NCBI GenBank assembly: GCA_045536845.1
Contig: JAZSOG010000027.1
Span: forward strand, 30,721 to 94,720
Origin: Kiritimatiellia bacterium
GTDB taxonomy: Bacteria; Verrucomicrobiota; Kiritimatiellia; RFP12; UBA1067
Direction of reading: 5' to 3'
Length of the DNA stretch: 64,000 nucleotides
Within the stretch, counting starts at the first letter, position 1. The number at the start of each line of letters is the position of its first letter. A program made the translations under genes and the position numbers. Positions 34,096 through 43,771 of this stretch are shown here, one piece after another. The notes beneath the pieces were generated by a model. That model was not told the DNA's origin. It worked only from the letters and a program-made list of their open reading frames with translations, and made no database searches.

Positions 34096-35253
34096 ATGCA
34101 CAACAATGCAATGGTTGGTTATTCACTTCTTTTTGCCGCAAGCGCGCTTGTCCCCGGGGCGCTTTTCGCCGGGCTTTACGGCGACATCCCCAACGCAACG
34201 CATGCGTGGGCGGTGCACGACACAAACCGTCCGAAGCCGTCGCGTGTGACGATAAACGAGAAGGGTGTGCCTTCCGACGCGATTGTCCTCTTCGACGGCA
34301 CGAAGGAAAGCTTCGAGAAGAACTGGTGCGATGGAAATGGCGGTCCCGCGAAGTGGATCGTCAACGACGACGGCACTTTCTCCTGCGGCACTGGCTTTAA
34401 GTTCGGCGAGTGCCGTACTCGCGAGGAGTTCGGCGACTGCCAGCTCCATATCGAGTACAAGCACCCCGCAGACATCACGTCCATCGGCGGTGGCGCGCAG
34501 ATGCGCGGCAACTCGGGTGTCTTCCTCATGGGCCCGAAGTACGGCTATGAAGTCCAGGTCCTCGAGAGCTACTTTACTTGCAAGGAGCTCGATGGAAAGC
34601 CTGGGTTCGTCCAGAACTACGCCGACGGCCAGGCGGGATCTGTGTATGCCGAGAATCCGCCTCTCGTCAATCCGCAGCGCAAGCCGGGAGAGTGGCAGGT
34701 CTATGACATTGTGTTCCACCAGCCCGTTTGGAAGGGCTCTCAGCTCGCCCACCCCGGCTCCATCACTGTCTTTTTCAACGGCGTGCTTGTGCAGGACCAC
34801 TGGGAGATGGAAGGTCAGACGACTCACTGCCGCCGCCGTCCGCTCGCGCCCCATCCGGCGAAAGGGCCGCTCTCCCTCCAGGACCACGGCTGCCCCGTCT
34901 CCTTCCGCAACATCTGGCTGCGTCCGCTCGCCTCGCGTTGGGACAACCTCACGCACTCTGACATGAGCGCCGACCCCGAGAAGGTAATGGCTGAACGTCG
35001 CGCGACGGCCGCCAAGCTCTACGCCAAGATTGCAGACCCCAAGGCCGCCACGGCCGACAATGTCAAGGCACTTGCCGAAGTCATTTCGTATGCAGACGAG
35101 GGTGCTTATGCGTCCGACTTCCGCAATGCCCTCGAGGCGTACCGCGCGAAGCCCGGCGACGAGAGGGAAATCAAGTCCGTCAACGACGCGCTGAATGTCC
35201 TCATCCGCGGCAAGGTAATCCCTGAATCCGCGAAAATTGCAAATCCAAAATAG
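34096..35253 (+). CDS. DUF1080 (3-keto-disaccharide hydrolase-like, concanavalin fold) secreted protein
   Basis: Signal peptide. NSGVFLMGP...YEVQVLES, GEWQVYDIVF, and the diagnostic C-terminal block GPLSLQDHGCPVSFRNIWLRPL. Confidence 0.85.
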   Translation: MHNNAMVGYSLLFAASALVPGALFAGLYGDIPNATHAWAVHDTNRPKPSRVTINEKGVPSDAIVLFDGTKESFEKNWCDGNGGPAKWIVNDDGTFSCGTGFKFGECRTREEFGDCQLHIEYKHPADITSIGGGAQMRGNSGVFLMGPKYGYEVQVLESYFTCKELDGKPGFVQNYADGQAGSVYAENPPLVNPQRKPGEWQVYDIVFHQPVWKGSQLAHPGSITVFFNGVLVQDHWEMEGQTTHCRRRPLAPHPAKGPLSLQDHGCPVSFRNIWLRPLASRWDNLTHSDMSADPEKVMAERRATAAKLYAKIADPKAATADNVKALAEVISYADEGAYASDFRNALEAYRAKPGDEREIKSVNDALNVLIRGKVIPESAKIANPK

Positions 35254-35265
35254 GTTAATTGACAC

Positions 35266-37323
35266 ATGAGACTTACGCTCCCTGCAGCTCTTCTAGTCAT
35301 CGCGCTTCCTGGAGCGTTTGTCCTAGCCGACTATCCCGTGCCGTGCGAACAGTTCGACGTGTCGAAGGTTGTGCGCGGCAGGGGGGAAGTCGAAATAGCC
35401 TGCGCGGCGATCGAGAAGAGGTTTTCGACCGCCGCGCGCAAGCATTTTTTCGGGATGAGGATGCCGGCCGCGTTTGCGGTCGAAATCCCTATTGGCGGCG
35501 ACGCGACGACTTTCGAGGCCTCGTGCGGCGTCGACAAGTTCGGCGAGAAGGGCAAGGTCGTCGTGAAGGTCATTGGCGACGGGCGGGAACTTTGGTCTTC
35601 TGGCGTCACGGCATGGGGCGATACAAACGAAGTTCCAGTGAAGGTTGACGTCCGCGGCGTCAAGGCTCTCACGCTGTCGGCCGATCCTGTCGAGGGGAGT
35701 GGCGAGGGCGTTGGAGTCGTCTGGGGCGAGGCGAGGCTCGACTACGCCGACGGCAAGGTTCTTCCGAGCGACGTCCGCCGCCAGTCTCGTCAGCTCGGCA
35801 TCTTGACGCCTGCGGCGCGCCCTGAACCGCGCATCAACGGACCACGCGTCTACGGAGTGAGGCCAGGCCGCCCGATTCTGTACCGAGTGCCTGTCACCGG
35901 CGATAAGCCGCTGAAGGTTTCCCTGGCGGGATTAACAGGCTTTCCAGAATTGGAGAATCTGGTTTTTGACGCCAAGACGCAAATACTTTCTGGCTCCATT
36001 AAAAAGCCCGGCGATTATCCGCTGACCATTGTCGCGGAAAACGCGCGGGGCAAGGACGAGAAGACGCTGGTCATCAAGGTCGGCGAGACGATCTCGCTTA
36101 CGCCGGCGATGGGCTGGAGCAGCTGGAACGCGTTCGGCGGCAAGGTTTCAGACGAGAAGGTTCGTGCAGCTGCCGACGCGCTCGTCTCAAGCGGGCTTGC
36201 CGACCGCGGATACTCCTACATAAACATCGACGACTTCTGGCAGAACATCCCCGAGCGCGCGAAGGAGGACCCTTCGCTCGACGGGCCCCTGCGCGACGCG
36301 GAAGGGCGCATCGCGGCAAATTCGCGCTTCCCCGACATGAAGGCGCTCGTCGACTACATCCACGCGAAGGGGCTCAAGGCCGGCATCTATTCGAGTCCAG
36401 GTCCCTTTACCTGCGGGCGCGCCGCGGGCAGCTGGCAGCACGAGGAGTTCGACGCGAAGACATTTGCCGACTGGGGATTCGACTACCTCAAGCACGACTG
36501 GTGCTACTACGACGATGTCGCCTTCGGGAAGGGCGTCCATCGCGCTATGTACCCCTATCTCGTCATGGGCGCTGCGCTTCGCCACCAGAAGCGCGACATA
36601 GTCCTTTCTCTCTGCCAGTACGGGATGGAAAACGTGAGCGCGTGGGGGCGCTATGTCGGCGCGCAGAGCTGGCGGACCACTGGAGACGTCTTCGACACCT
36701 GGGCGTCGGTCTCCGCTGCTATCGAGAAGCAGAAGAAGCTCTTCATGTACACCGGTCCTGGCGCGTGGAACGACCCGGACATGCTGTGCGTCGGCGCCGT
36801 TTGCTGGAACGACTTCAAGCCGACGCGTCTCGCCCCCAACGAGCAGTATACACACATCTCTATGTGGGCGCTCGTCGCAGCGCCGCTTTTGATAGGGTGC
36901 GACCTTACGCGCCTCGACGATTTCACGTTGTCGCTTTTGACGAACGACGAGGTAATCGAGATCGACCAGGACACGCTTGGAAAGGGCGCCGGCTGCATCG
37001 CGGAAGGCGACGACTGGGAGATATGGGCGCGTCCGCTTGCTGACGGATCGATTGCGGCGGGGCTCTACAACAAGTCGTCGCGCGAGCAGACGATTGCGTT
37101 CGACATGGAGAAGGCGGGGCTGCTCTGCAAGTGGCGCGTCAGGGACGTGTGGCGACAGGAGGACGTCGGAATTTTCGCAGGCGTCTACGAGGCGTCTGTT
37201 CCTGGCCACGCGACGCATCTTGTGCGCATTTCGCCATGCATGTGCGGCGAGCTGCGTGACGATGTCGTAGACATTCGCGACGCCGCTTGGCGTCTCATTC
37301 GCGAAAAGGACCTTCATCGATAA
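35266..37323 (+). CDS. GH27 alpha-galactosidase/alpha-N-acetylgalactosaminidase with N-terminal NPCBM-like domain
   Basis: TPAMGWSSWNAFGGKVSDEKV...GYSYINIDDFW, YLKHDWC and DPDML blocks of GH27. N-terminal VKVIGDGRELWSSG...LTLSADPV...WGEARLDY resembles NPCBM. Confidence 0.9.
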   Translation: MRLTLPAALLVIALPGAFVLADYPVPCEQFDVSKVVRGRGEVEIACAAIEKRFSTAARKHFFGMRMPAAFAVEIPIGGDATTFEASCGVDKFGEKGKVVVKVIGDGRELWSSGVTAWGDTNEVPVKVDVRGVKALTLSADPVEGSGEGVGVVWGEARLDYADGKVLPSDVRRQSRQLGILTPAARPEPRINGPRVYGVRPGRPILYRVPVTGDKPLKVSLAGLTGFPELENLVFDAKTQILSGSIKKPGDYPLTIVAENARGKDEKTLVIKVGETISLTPAMGWSSWNAFGGKVSDEKVRAAADALVSSGLADRGYSYINIDDFWQNIPERAKEDPSLDGPLRDAEGRIAANSRFPDMKALVDYIHAKGLKAGIYSSPGPFTCGRAAGSWQHEEFDAKTFADWGFDYLKHDWCYYDDVAFGKGVHRAMYPYLVMGAALRHQKRDIVLSLCQYGMENVSAWGRYVGAQSWRTTGDVFDTWASVSAAIEKQKKLFMYTGPGAWNDPDMLCVGAVCWNDFKPTRLAPNEQYTHISMWALVAAPLLIGCDLTRLDDFTLSLLTNDEVIEIDQDTLGKGAGCIAEGDDWEIWARPLADGSIAAGLYNKSSREQTIAFDMEKAGLLCKWRVRDVWRQEDVGIFAGVYEASVPGHATHLVRISPCMCGELRDDVVDIRDAAWRLIREKDLHR

Positions 37324-37333
37324 GGAGCGCATC

Positions 37334-38812
37334 ATGATTACGAGACGTTCGTTTGGAGGCATGGCTTTTGCCGGCGCATTTGCCGCGGCCCTGAAGCCGC
37401 TCAAGGGCGTCGCGGCGGAAGGCCCGTGCCGCCTCAGGCTCGGGGTCTTAAGCGACATACACGTACCCACGATGGACGAGGGCGAGCATTTCCGCAAGGC
37501 GCTAAAATGGTTCGACGCGCAGAAGGTTGACGGCGTAGTTGTCGCCGGCGATCTCGGATTCGCGGGGCTCATAAAGGAGATGAAGTGCGTCGCCGACATC
37601 TGGTACGAGGTGTTCCCTAACGACAAGCGCTCCGACGGCGGTCATGTCGAGAAGCTTTTCGTTACCGGCAACCACGATGTAGACGGATATTTCTACCATA
37701 GGCCCGAATTCCCGAAGGTTAAGTTTCCGATTGACGAGGAGCCCGCGAAAGAGTCGTTCGTATGCAATCGCGAGCGCGTGTGGGAAGAGCTCTTCCACGA
37801 GAAGTACGAGACCGTTAAGGTCAAGGAAGTGAACGGCTACAAGTTCGTTCTCTTCCAGTGGTTCGCGCATCTTGCGAGCGACATCTGCGCCGAGCGCTGG
37901 ACGGCCGAGCCGCCGGATACCCCGTTCTACAACGCGCTTAGGTACGAGCACAAGAAGCTCGACGAGTTCTTTGCGACGCGAGGCGCGGAGCTGAAGGGCG
38001 CGAAACCTTTCTTCTATGTCCAGCACCACCATCCAGCGGACACCGTATTCTCCCCGTTCCTCTACGCTTCGCCGCAGGGCTGGGGCGGCCACGACTTCGG
38101 GCGCTCGACCAAGTATTTGAAGGAGTTCCCGAACTGCATCGCGATTTCCGGCCACACGCATGTCACGATGAGCGACGAGCGTGCGATCTGGCAAGGCGAG
38201 TTTACGTCCATCGACGCATCTGCATGTCCGGGACTTCCGTTCGCCGGGGTGATCGGCGGACGCTCGAACGCGCATGTCGCGAGGCGCTATCCGGACGAGA
38301 CTCTTTTCGACTGCGAGACGCCGAAGGTCGGACAGCTCCTTTCCGTCTACGACGACCGCATCGTCGTTCAGAAGCGCGAGTTTTCGTACGACGAGGACCT
38401 TGGCGACAACTGGGAGTTCCCGTGGCCGATTTCGCGCGGCAAGCCGTATGCGTATGCCGAGCAGGCGAAGCGCGCTGTCGTGCCTGAATTTCCAGAGGGA
38501 ACCGTTCTTAAGAAGACAGTGACTGACGAGACGATAGTTCTTGAATTCCCGACCGTCCGCCGCGAGAACGCCGGTGTGCGTGCGCTCGACTACGAGGTGA
38601 TCGCAGAAGGGCGCATAGAGGACTTCCGTCGCCAGATCGAGTGTCGCCGCGTGTATTCCGCTGGTATCGGACTTGCCGAGATACGCGACCGCGCGCCGAT
38701 CAAGGTCGTCTTCGACAAGAAGAAGCTCGACACCGATGGCTACAAGGACGTAACCTTTTCCGTCCGCCCTTGCGACGCCTGGGGCCACAAGGGCAAGGCG
38801 ATATGCGTTTGA
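37334..38812 (+). CDS. Exported calcineurin-like metallophosphoesterase (Tat-type signal)
   Basis: The SD AAGGAG overlaps the GH27 stop. Twin-arginine-like MITRRSFGGMAFAGAFAAA. Metal motifs GVLSDIHVP, VAGDLGF, VTGNHD, GHTH. Confidence 0.8.
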   Translation: MITRRSFGGMAFAGAFAAALKPLKGVAAEGPCRLRLGVLSDIHVPTMDEGEHFRKALKWFDAQKVDGVVVAGDLGFAGLIKEMKCVADIWYEVFPNDKRSDGGHVEKLFVTGNHDVDGYFYHRPEFPKVKFPIDEEPAKESFVCNRERVWEELFHEKYETVKVKEVNGYKFVLFQWFAHLASDICAERWTAEPPDTPFYNALRYEHKKLDEFFATRGAELKGAKPFFYVQHHHPADTVFSPFLYASPQGWGGHDFGRSTKYLKEFPNCIAISGHTHVTMSDERAIWQGEFTSIDASACPGLPFAGVIGGRSNAHVARRYPDETLFDCETPKVGQLLSVYDDRIVVQKREFSYDEDLGDNWEFPWPISRGKPYAYAEQAKRAVVPEFPEGTVLKKTVTDETIVLEFPTVRRENAGVRALDYEVIAEGRIEDFRRQIECRRVYSAGIGLAEIRDRAPIKVVFDKKKLDTDGYKDVTFSVRPCDAWGHKGKAICV

Positions 38813-41800
38813 CGGCGTTCCTATTTGCTGGCCTTTTTGCGTCCACGCTTGTTGCGGAACCGACGCGCATTGTCTTTGACACCGACATGTGCGGCGACTA
38901 TGACGATGTTGGTGCACTTGCTGTCTTGAATGCCCTTGCCGACGATGGCGAGTGCGAGATAATCGCCGTTTTCTCATCTTCGCGGTCTTCGCCGGCGCTC
39001 GGGATGTGCGAGACAATCAACAAAAGCTACGGACGAGTGGACATCCCGATGGGCGTATGCAAGGGAATCGGCTACGTCTCGCCAGAGGAGAAGGGCGTAA
39101 ACGAGGTTTTTCGATCGATGGTGGACGCAAGGCGCAAGTTGCTGCGCTATCCGAATTCCGACGACGCGCCGGACGCGAACAAGGTCTACCGCCGCGTGCT
39201 CGCAGGCTCCCCCGACAAGTCCGTGACTCTCTGCGTCGTCGGATTTACGACAAACATCCGTCGGCTTCTCGAGACGAAGGGCGACGACATTTCACCTCTC
39301 GCAGGGCGCGAACTTGTCGCGAAGAAGGTAAAGGCGTGGTACCAAATGGGCGGCGCTCTTCCGCAGGGGCGGGAGTGCAATCTTATGCTCGATCCTGAGT
39401 CCTCCGCAATCGCCATCCGTGACTGCCCGGTGCCGATTTATTTCGTCGACTTCAACATTGGTCGCGATGTCCTTACGGGACTTCCTGTGGCGCGACAGGG
39501 AATCACCGCGGGGCCGGTTGCGGAAGCATTCGTCCGCTGCATGAAGGCCTGGAACGAGGAACGCCGCGGACGTCCCTCGTGGGACGAACTGACCGTCCTT
39601 GCAGCTGTGCGCGGATGGGAACGTGATTTCACGCTCGAGCGCGGAACGATGTTTGTAGACCCATCAACAGGATCTAACACGTGGACAAAAGCCGAGAACG
39701 GTCCCCACGGAGTTCTCGTCGAGAAAACGCCTAAGGCGAAGCTCCGCGATACCATCGACGAATTGATTGCGCGACAGCCGGCTTGCCGGAAGGACAACAC
39801 TAAGCCGTTCGTCTGGTGGCACTGGTGCGGCACAGCCGTGACAAAGGAGGGAATCGTCCGTGACCTCGACGCGATGAAAGACGCTGGCATAGGCGGCGCC
39901 ACTATCTTCCAGGTTGCGCGTGGCCCTTGTTCGGAAGTCCCCGCGTTCGGGTATGATGACGACACAATGAAGGACTTCGACTTTGCGAGCGACAAGTGGT
40001 GGGATTATGTCGAGTTCGCGGCGAGCGAAGCGAAGAAGCGCGGGCTTAAGATCGGTATGCACAACTGCCCTGGCTACACCGTTTCCGGCGGGCCGTGGAT
40101 TACGCCCGAGCTTGCGATGAAGAAACTCGTCTGGACTTCCGCACCCAAAGGGAGCAAGCCAGCACAACCGGAAATGAATCTCGGCTTCTACCGCGAAATT
40201 GGAACGGTCGAGAAGGGCGGCAAGGTCTACCGCTTCGGCTATACTTGCACTGGCTCCCAATGCATGCCTGTTGCAATGTCAATGTACGGCAAGTGTCTTG
40301 AGGCAGACAAGATGAGCGACAAGGCAGTCAATCTCCACCTTGATCATGTCCTCGCAAAGAACGTCGGGCTCGACTTTATTTTGATGGACAGCTATGAGGC
40401 GGGGCCGTATGATTGGACAGACGACTTTCGCGCCGAGTTCGAGAAACGCCGTGGCTACGATCCGTTGCCGCTTCTGCCCGCCTATATCGGCGCGACGCAA
40501 GAAGGGGCCGAGAAAATCAAGGCGGACATGGCGCGTACCGTCGGAGAACTTTCTACCGAGCGTCACTACTGGATCTTCCGCGATCGTATCAACGAGAAGG
40601 GGATGCAGTTTGTCGTTGAGCCATACGGCGGGCCGTTCGACCACTGCGAGGCTGCTTATGCGAGCGATTTGCCAACGACTGAGTTCTGGGGGGCGCGTCC
40701 GTTCTGGGTGGCGCCTGGCGTCATAGGTGGAAGCCCGCAGTTGGGCGGTGCAGTTGGACGCGCTGCAGGCAAGACGATTCTTGCTGCAGAAGCGTACACC
40801 GCCATGCCATTTCAGGATCCGTATGTTCTCGCGCCACGCGACTTTAAGGCTTGTTCGGACGCTTCGTTCGCGCGCGGTATCAACTGCATGTTCCTGCATC
40901 ACTGGGTGCATCAGCCGTTCCCCGCGTGCCGCAAGCCGGGGATGAATATGGGCTACTGGGGGGCGCACTTTGGAGAGAACGCGACGTGGTTCGAACCAGG
41001 CAAGGAGTTCATCTCGTATCTCGCCCGCTGCCAGTCGCGGCTTCAGCAGGGCAGTGAAGTTATTGACGTGCTTGCCGTCGAGGATTTCCGCGGCATTACG
41101 GACGGCGTTGACATCTTTCCTCGCCGCGTGTTCCTGAAAGATGTGGAGTTCGCGTCAGGTTCCGTCATTGTCAGGAACAAGAGCAACAGCCGCTCGTATC
41201 AATATCTTGCCGTGCCTCACAAGTTGCTTTCCGATGCAGCCGTTGCAGCCAAACTAGAAGAGGCGAGAAGGGCAGGGGTCAAGTTACTTGGCGAAGACGC
41301 AGAACTTCCCAAGCGTCCGTTCAGCGTCGTCGACGGCGTTAAGGTCGATGCCAATGGGCCGATCCTTGGATCAGCACGATATGACACGTTGCCGTTTTTC
41401 TTCGTAGCAAATGTTTCCATGGAACAAGTTTACTTTACGGCGGACTTCCGTGCGGAAGGGCAGGCTGAGCTATGGTATCCAGGAACTGGCGAGACTGAGT
41501 TTCTCAACCCCGTCTGTTCTGTTGACGGCTATGTGCGTCTTCCGATGAAACTCGGACCACAGGAGTCTGTATTCGTGACCTTCCGCGCTGGCGCCGCCTG
41601 GCCGGAGAGCCGGCGCCGCGAGCCGACGCGAATAAAGCAGATAGAAGGGGGCTGGTCTGTTTCTTTTGAGAAGGGGCGAGGCGCGCCAGATTCTGAACTC
41701 GCCATTGACAGACTCTCCTCGTGGTCTGAATCCCCTATTCCCGGCGTGCAATATTTCTCTGGTACAGCTACCTATCGTACTCGGTTTACGCTGACGAAGG

Positions 41801-42237
41801 ACGAGGCGAAGGCGGCGCGCAGAATCGCCCTTGGCGACGTTCGCGACATTGCGCGCGTCCGACTCAACGGACGCGACCTCGGTGTTGCATGGTACGAGCC
41901 GTTTGAGTTGCCAATGGTAGATGCCGCCCAGGCGGGCGAGAACGTGCTTGAGGTCGAAGTGACGAACGGTTGGCACAATCGGCTTCTTGGCGACCATCTG
42001 CTGCCGGGCGACGATTGCGTCTGGGGACCTGAGCGGTTCCACCAATGTCATCTTGATGGATCTAAGGGCGCATGCGGCCGCGGCTTGAAGCGAATACCAG
42101 ACTGGGCATGGAATGCTGACGGCTCTCGTCCAGCGACGAACCGTGTGACATTTACGAGCTGGGATTATTTCACCGGTAACGAGAAACTGCGTCCATCAGG
42201 GTTGATTGGTCCTATATGCCTAAAACTAGCCGAATAG
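38803..42237 (+). CDS. Fusion protein: nucleoside-hydrolase-like (IUNH) domain + GH106-like glycoside hydrolase with C-terminal jelly-roll
   Basis: Start moved to the ATG at 38803 (signal peptide MRLTAFLFAGLFAST; 10-nt overlap with the upstream gene). IVFDTDMCGDYDDVGAL is the DxDxxxDD of IUNH. PFVWWHWCGTAVTKEGIVRDLDAMKDAGIGGATIF and YFSGTATYRTRF...VRLNGRDLG...NVLEVEVTNGWHNRLLGD are typical of GH106-type rhamnosidase-like proteins. Confidence 0.7.
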   Translation: MRLTAFLFAGLFASTLVAEPTRIVFDTDMCGDYDDVGALAVLNALADDGECEIIAVFSSSRSSPALGMCETINKSYGRVDIPMGVCKGIGYVSPEEKGVNEVFRSMVDARRKLLRYPNSDDAPDANKVYRRVLAGSPDKSVTLCVVGFTTNIRRLLETKGDDISPLAGRELVAKKVKAWYQMGGALPQGRECNLMLDPESSAIAIRDCPVPIYFVDFNIGRDVLTGLPVARQGITAGPVAEAFVRCMKAWNEERRGRPSWDELTVLAAVRGWERDFTLERGTMFVDPSTGSNTWTKAENGPHGVLVEKTPKAKLRDTIDELIARQPACRKDNTKPFVWWHWCGTAVTKEGIVRDLDAMKDAGIGGATIFQVARGPCSEVPAFGYDDDTMKDFDFASDKWWDYVEFAASEAKKRGLKIGMHNCPGYTVSGGPWITPELAMKKLVWTSAPKGSKPAQPEMNLGFYREIGTVEKGGKVYRFGYTCTGSQCMPVAMSMYGKCLEADKMSDKAVNLHLDHVLAKNVGLDFILMDSYEAGPYDWTDDFRAEFEKRRGYDPLPLLPAYIGATQEGAEKIKADMARTVGELSTERHYWIFRDRINEKGMQFVVEPYGGPFDHCEAAYASDLPTTEFWGARPFWVAPGVIGGSPQLGGAVGRAAGKTILAAEAYTAMPFQDPYVLAPRDFKACSDASFARGINCMFLHHWVHQPFPACRKPGMNMGYWGAHFGENATWFEPGKEFISYLARCQSRLQQGSEVIDVLAVEDFRGITDGVDIFPRRVFLKDVEFASGSVIVRNKSNSRSYQYLAVPHKLLSDAAVAAKLEEARRAGVKLLGEDAELPKRPFSVVDGVKVDANGPILGSARYDTLPFFFVANVSMEQVYFTADFRAEGQAELWYPGTGETEFLNPVCSVDGYVRLPMKLGPQESVFVTFRAGAAWPESRRREPTRIKQIEGGWSVSFEKGRGAPDSELAIDRLSSWSESPIPGVQYFSGTATYRTRFTLTKDEAKAARRIALGDVRDIARVRLNGRDLGVAWYEPFELPMVDAAQAGENVLEVEVTNGWHNRLLGDHLLPGDDCVWGPERFHQCHLDGSKGACGRGLKRIPDWAWNADGSRPATNRVTFTSWDYFTGNEKLRPSGLIGPICLKLAE

Positions 42238-42328
42238 AGATACCAACCGAAAAGGGTTTAATCGGGTCTTGGGCGTAGTTTACATAACACACATTATGCG
42301 ACGTATACTATAAATACGTCAGAAAAAA

Positions 42329-42337
42329 TGGTATAAT
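42329..42337 (+). promoter_or_regulatory. Extended -10 TGGTATAAT, 6 nt from the ATG at 42344 (leaderless-type)
   Basis: Read directly. Palindrome GACGTAT-N7-ATACGTC (42300-42320) lies just upstream. Confidence 0.55.
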
Positions 42338-42343
42338 CTACAC

Positions 42344-43402
42344 ATGAACGAAAATCAAGCCGCCAACAACCCCATTAGCATCTACGGACAGGAAGGTCTT
42401 GACGACTTCCCAGTCCTGAAGGCTTTTCAGCAGTATATTGACGCCGAGCAGAGCAAATCGCGCAAGCGCATGGTTATGCTTTGCGTGTTTTTCGGCTTTC
42501 TAATGACGATCATGATCGTCGTATTCTTGTTCATGCTGCGTGACGCCACCGCTAGGAACCAGGCGCTCAACGACAAGTTCGTCAATTTGCTTATGGAGAG
42601 AGATCGTCAGCCGGTTGTCGTGCAACCGCCCGCGCCGATACAGAATGCCGCCAACGACGCCGCCATCAAAGCGATGACGGATACCATGGCAGCACTTCAG
42701 AAGCAGATTGCCGACCAGCAGGCAAAGATGATCGAGCAGCAGGCAAAACTCGAAGAGAATCGAGCAAAGATGGCCGAAGAGCAGCTCAAGGCAGTCACTG
42801 CGGCGGCTGCAAAGGCCCAGGAGGCCGCCGCGGCGCAGAAGGCCACTGGCCCCTCAAAGGAACAGCTCGCGCTCCAGAAGCAGATTGACGAGGATACTGC
42901 AAAGCTTGTAAAGGCCAGAGCCCTTCTCAAGGCCGAAAAGGAGAAAATTGCCGCCGAGAAAGAGCGGCTTCGCCGCGAGGAAGTCGAGCGCCAGCGTCGC
43001 CGTCTGTATCCCGAATATTACGAGAAGAAAGACGCCGAGGAAAAGGCTGCAGCAGAAAAGAAGCAACAGGCTCCGGCAGCGGAAATGGACGGGCCTGTAA
43101 GCTACTTTGACGCCTATGAGGACGATGTCGACCTTGACGACGATGGCCTTTCCGCCGACGAGCTCGATGATCTTGTCCCTTCCGCCAAGCCGAAGCCCAA
43201 GGCCAAGCCGGCAGCAGCTCCGGCAAAGCGGCCGGCCGCAAGCCCAGCGAAGAAACCTGTGACCCCTTCTACGGCGGCTGCGAAGACCAAGCCGGTGCAG
43301 AAGACGGCTCCCGCCAAGGCGAAGGCGGCGACAAGCGACCGTTACGTTGTTCCAGTCGAGATCAACGGAGCTGATTCCGACTGGCTTATTCCAACGACGT
43401 GA
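42344..43402 (+). CDS. Single-pass membrane protein with long coiled coil and A/K/P-rich low-complexity tail
   Basis: TM segment MVMLCVFFGFLMTIMIVVFLFML, then a heptad-like Q/A/K/E region and a PKPKAKPAAAPAKRPAASPAKKP tail. TGGTATAAT lies 6 nt upstream of the ATG. Confidence 0.6.
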   Translation: MNENQAANNPISIYGQEGLDDFPVLKAFQQYIDAEQSKSRKRMVMLCVFFGFLMTIMIVVFLFMLRDATARNQALNDKFVNLLMERDRQPVVVQPPAPIQNAANDAAIKAMTDTMAALQKQIADQQAKMIEQQAKLEENRAKMAEEQLKAVTAAAAKAQEAAAAQKATGPSKEQLALQKQIDEDTAKLVKARALLKAEKEKIAAEKERLRREEVERQRRRLYPEYYEKKDAEEKAAAEKKQQAPAAEMDGPVSYFDAYEDDVDLDDDGLSADELDDLVPSAKPKPKAKPAAAPAKRPAASPAKKPVTPSTAAAKTKPVQKTAPAKAKAATSDRYVVPVEINGADSDWLIPTT

Positions 43403-43570
43403 CCGCCGCTTAGCGGTTCGTTGCAATTCGCCACGGAAGCCATCATTCTGACGAGCTTGCGATTCATGGAATAGGTCCGGCCCCTATCATCTCAACATAG
43501 TTTGTGTACGCCATTCCAGACAGCTAGTAATCCCATCCTGCCGAATCGCCATCCGCTATTTTAAGTTTGT

Positions 43571-43744
43571 TCAGCAAGTAGATGTCTGGTCATTTAGCTT
43601 CGCTCGTACAGTTGAGAACATTACATTCGTCTCAACCTCGGCACTCGTCCGCACCGTCTCTGGCAACGACGGCACAACATCCCTCGCCCCTGCGAGAGCG
43701 GAGAAGGAGAAAAATGCAAAGAGAACTACCGCCGCAAACCTCAT
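43571..43744 (-). CDS. 57-aa signal-peptide ORF (below the ORF-track cutoff), last gene of the minus-strand operon
   Basis: Hand translation gives MRFAAVVLFAFFSFSALAGARDVVPSLPETVRTSAEVETNVMFSTVRAKLNDQTSTC*. Clear h-region and ALA-GA cleavage-type site. The ATG is 27 nt after the DUF262-HNH stop. No obvious SD. Confidence 0.35.
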   Translation of the reverse strand: MRFAAVVLFAFFSFSALAGARDVVPSLPETVRTSAEVETNVMFSTVRAKLNDQTSTC

Positions 43745-43771
43745 GCGGGTATTTCACCATAATTCAGCGAG

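Noticed and set aside
35254-35259. GTTAAT 6 nt upstream of the GH27 ATG as another leaderless promoter
   Set aside because: The hexamer is weak, has no TG extension and no -35 at a workable distance. The gene starts 12 nt after the DUF1080 stop, so co-transcription is the simpler explanation.
43403-43570. Possible tRNA or attachment site at the left border of the low-GC operon (GGTTCG-containing stretch near 43415)
   Set aside because: No cloverleaf can be drawn. There is no GTTCGAATC-type T-arm, no acceptor-stem complementarity and no matching direct repeat at the right border. No integrase is present in the window.
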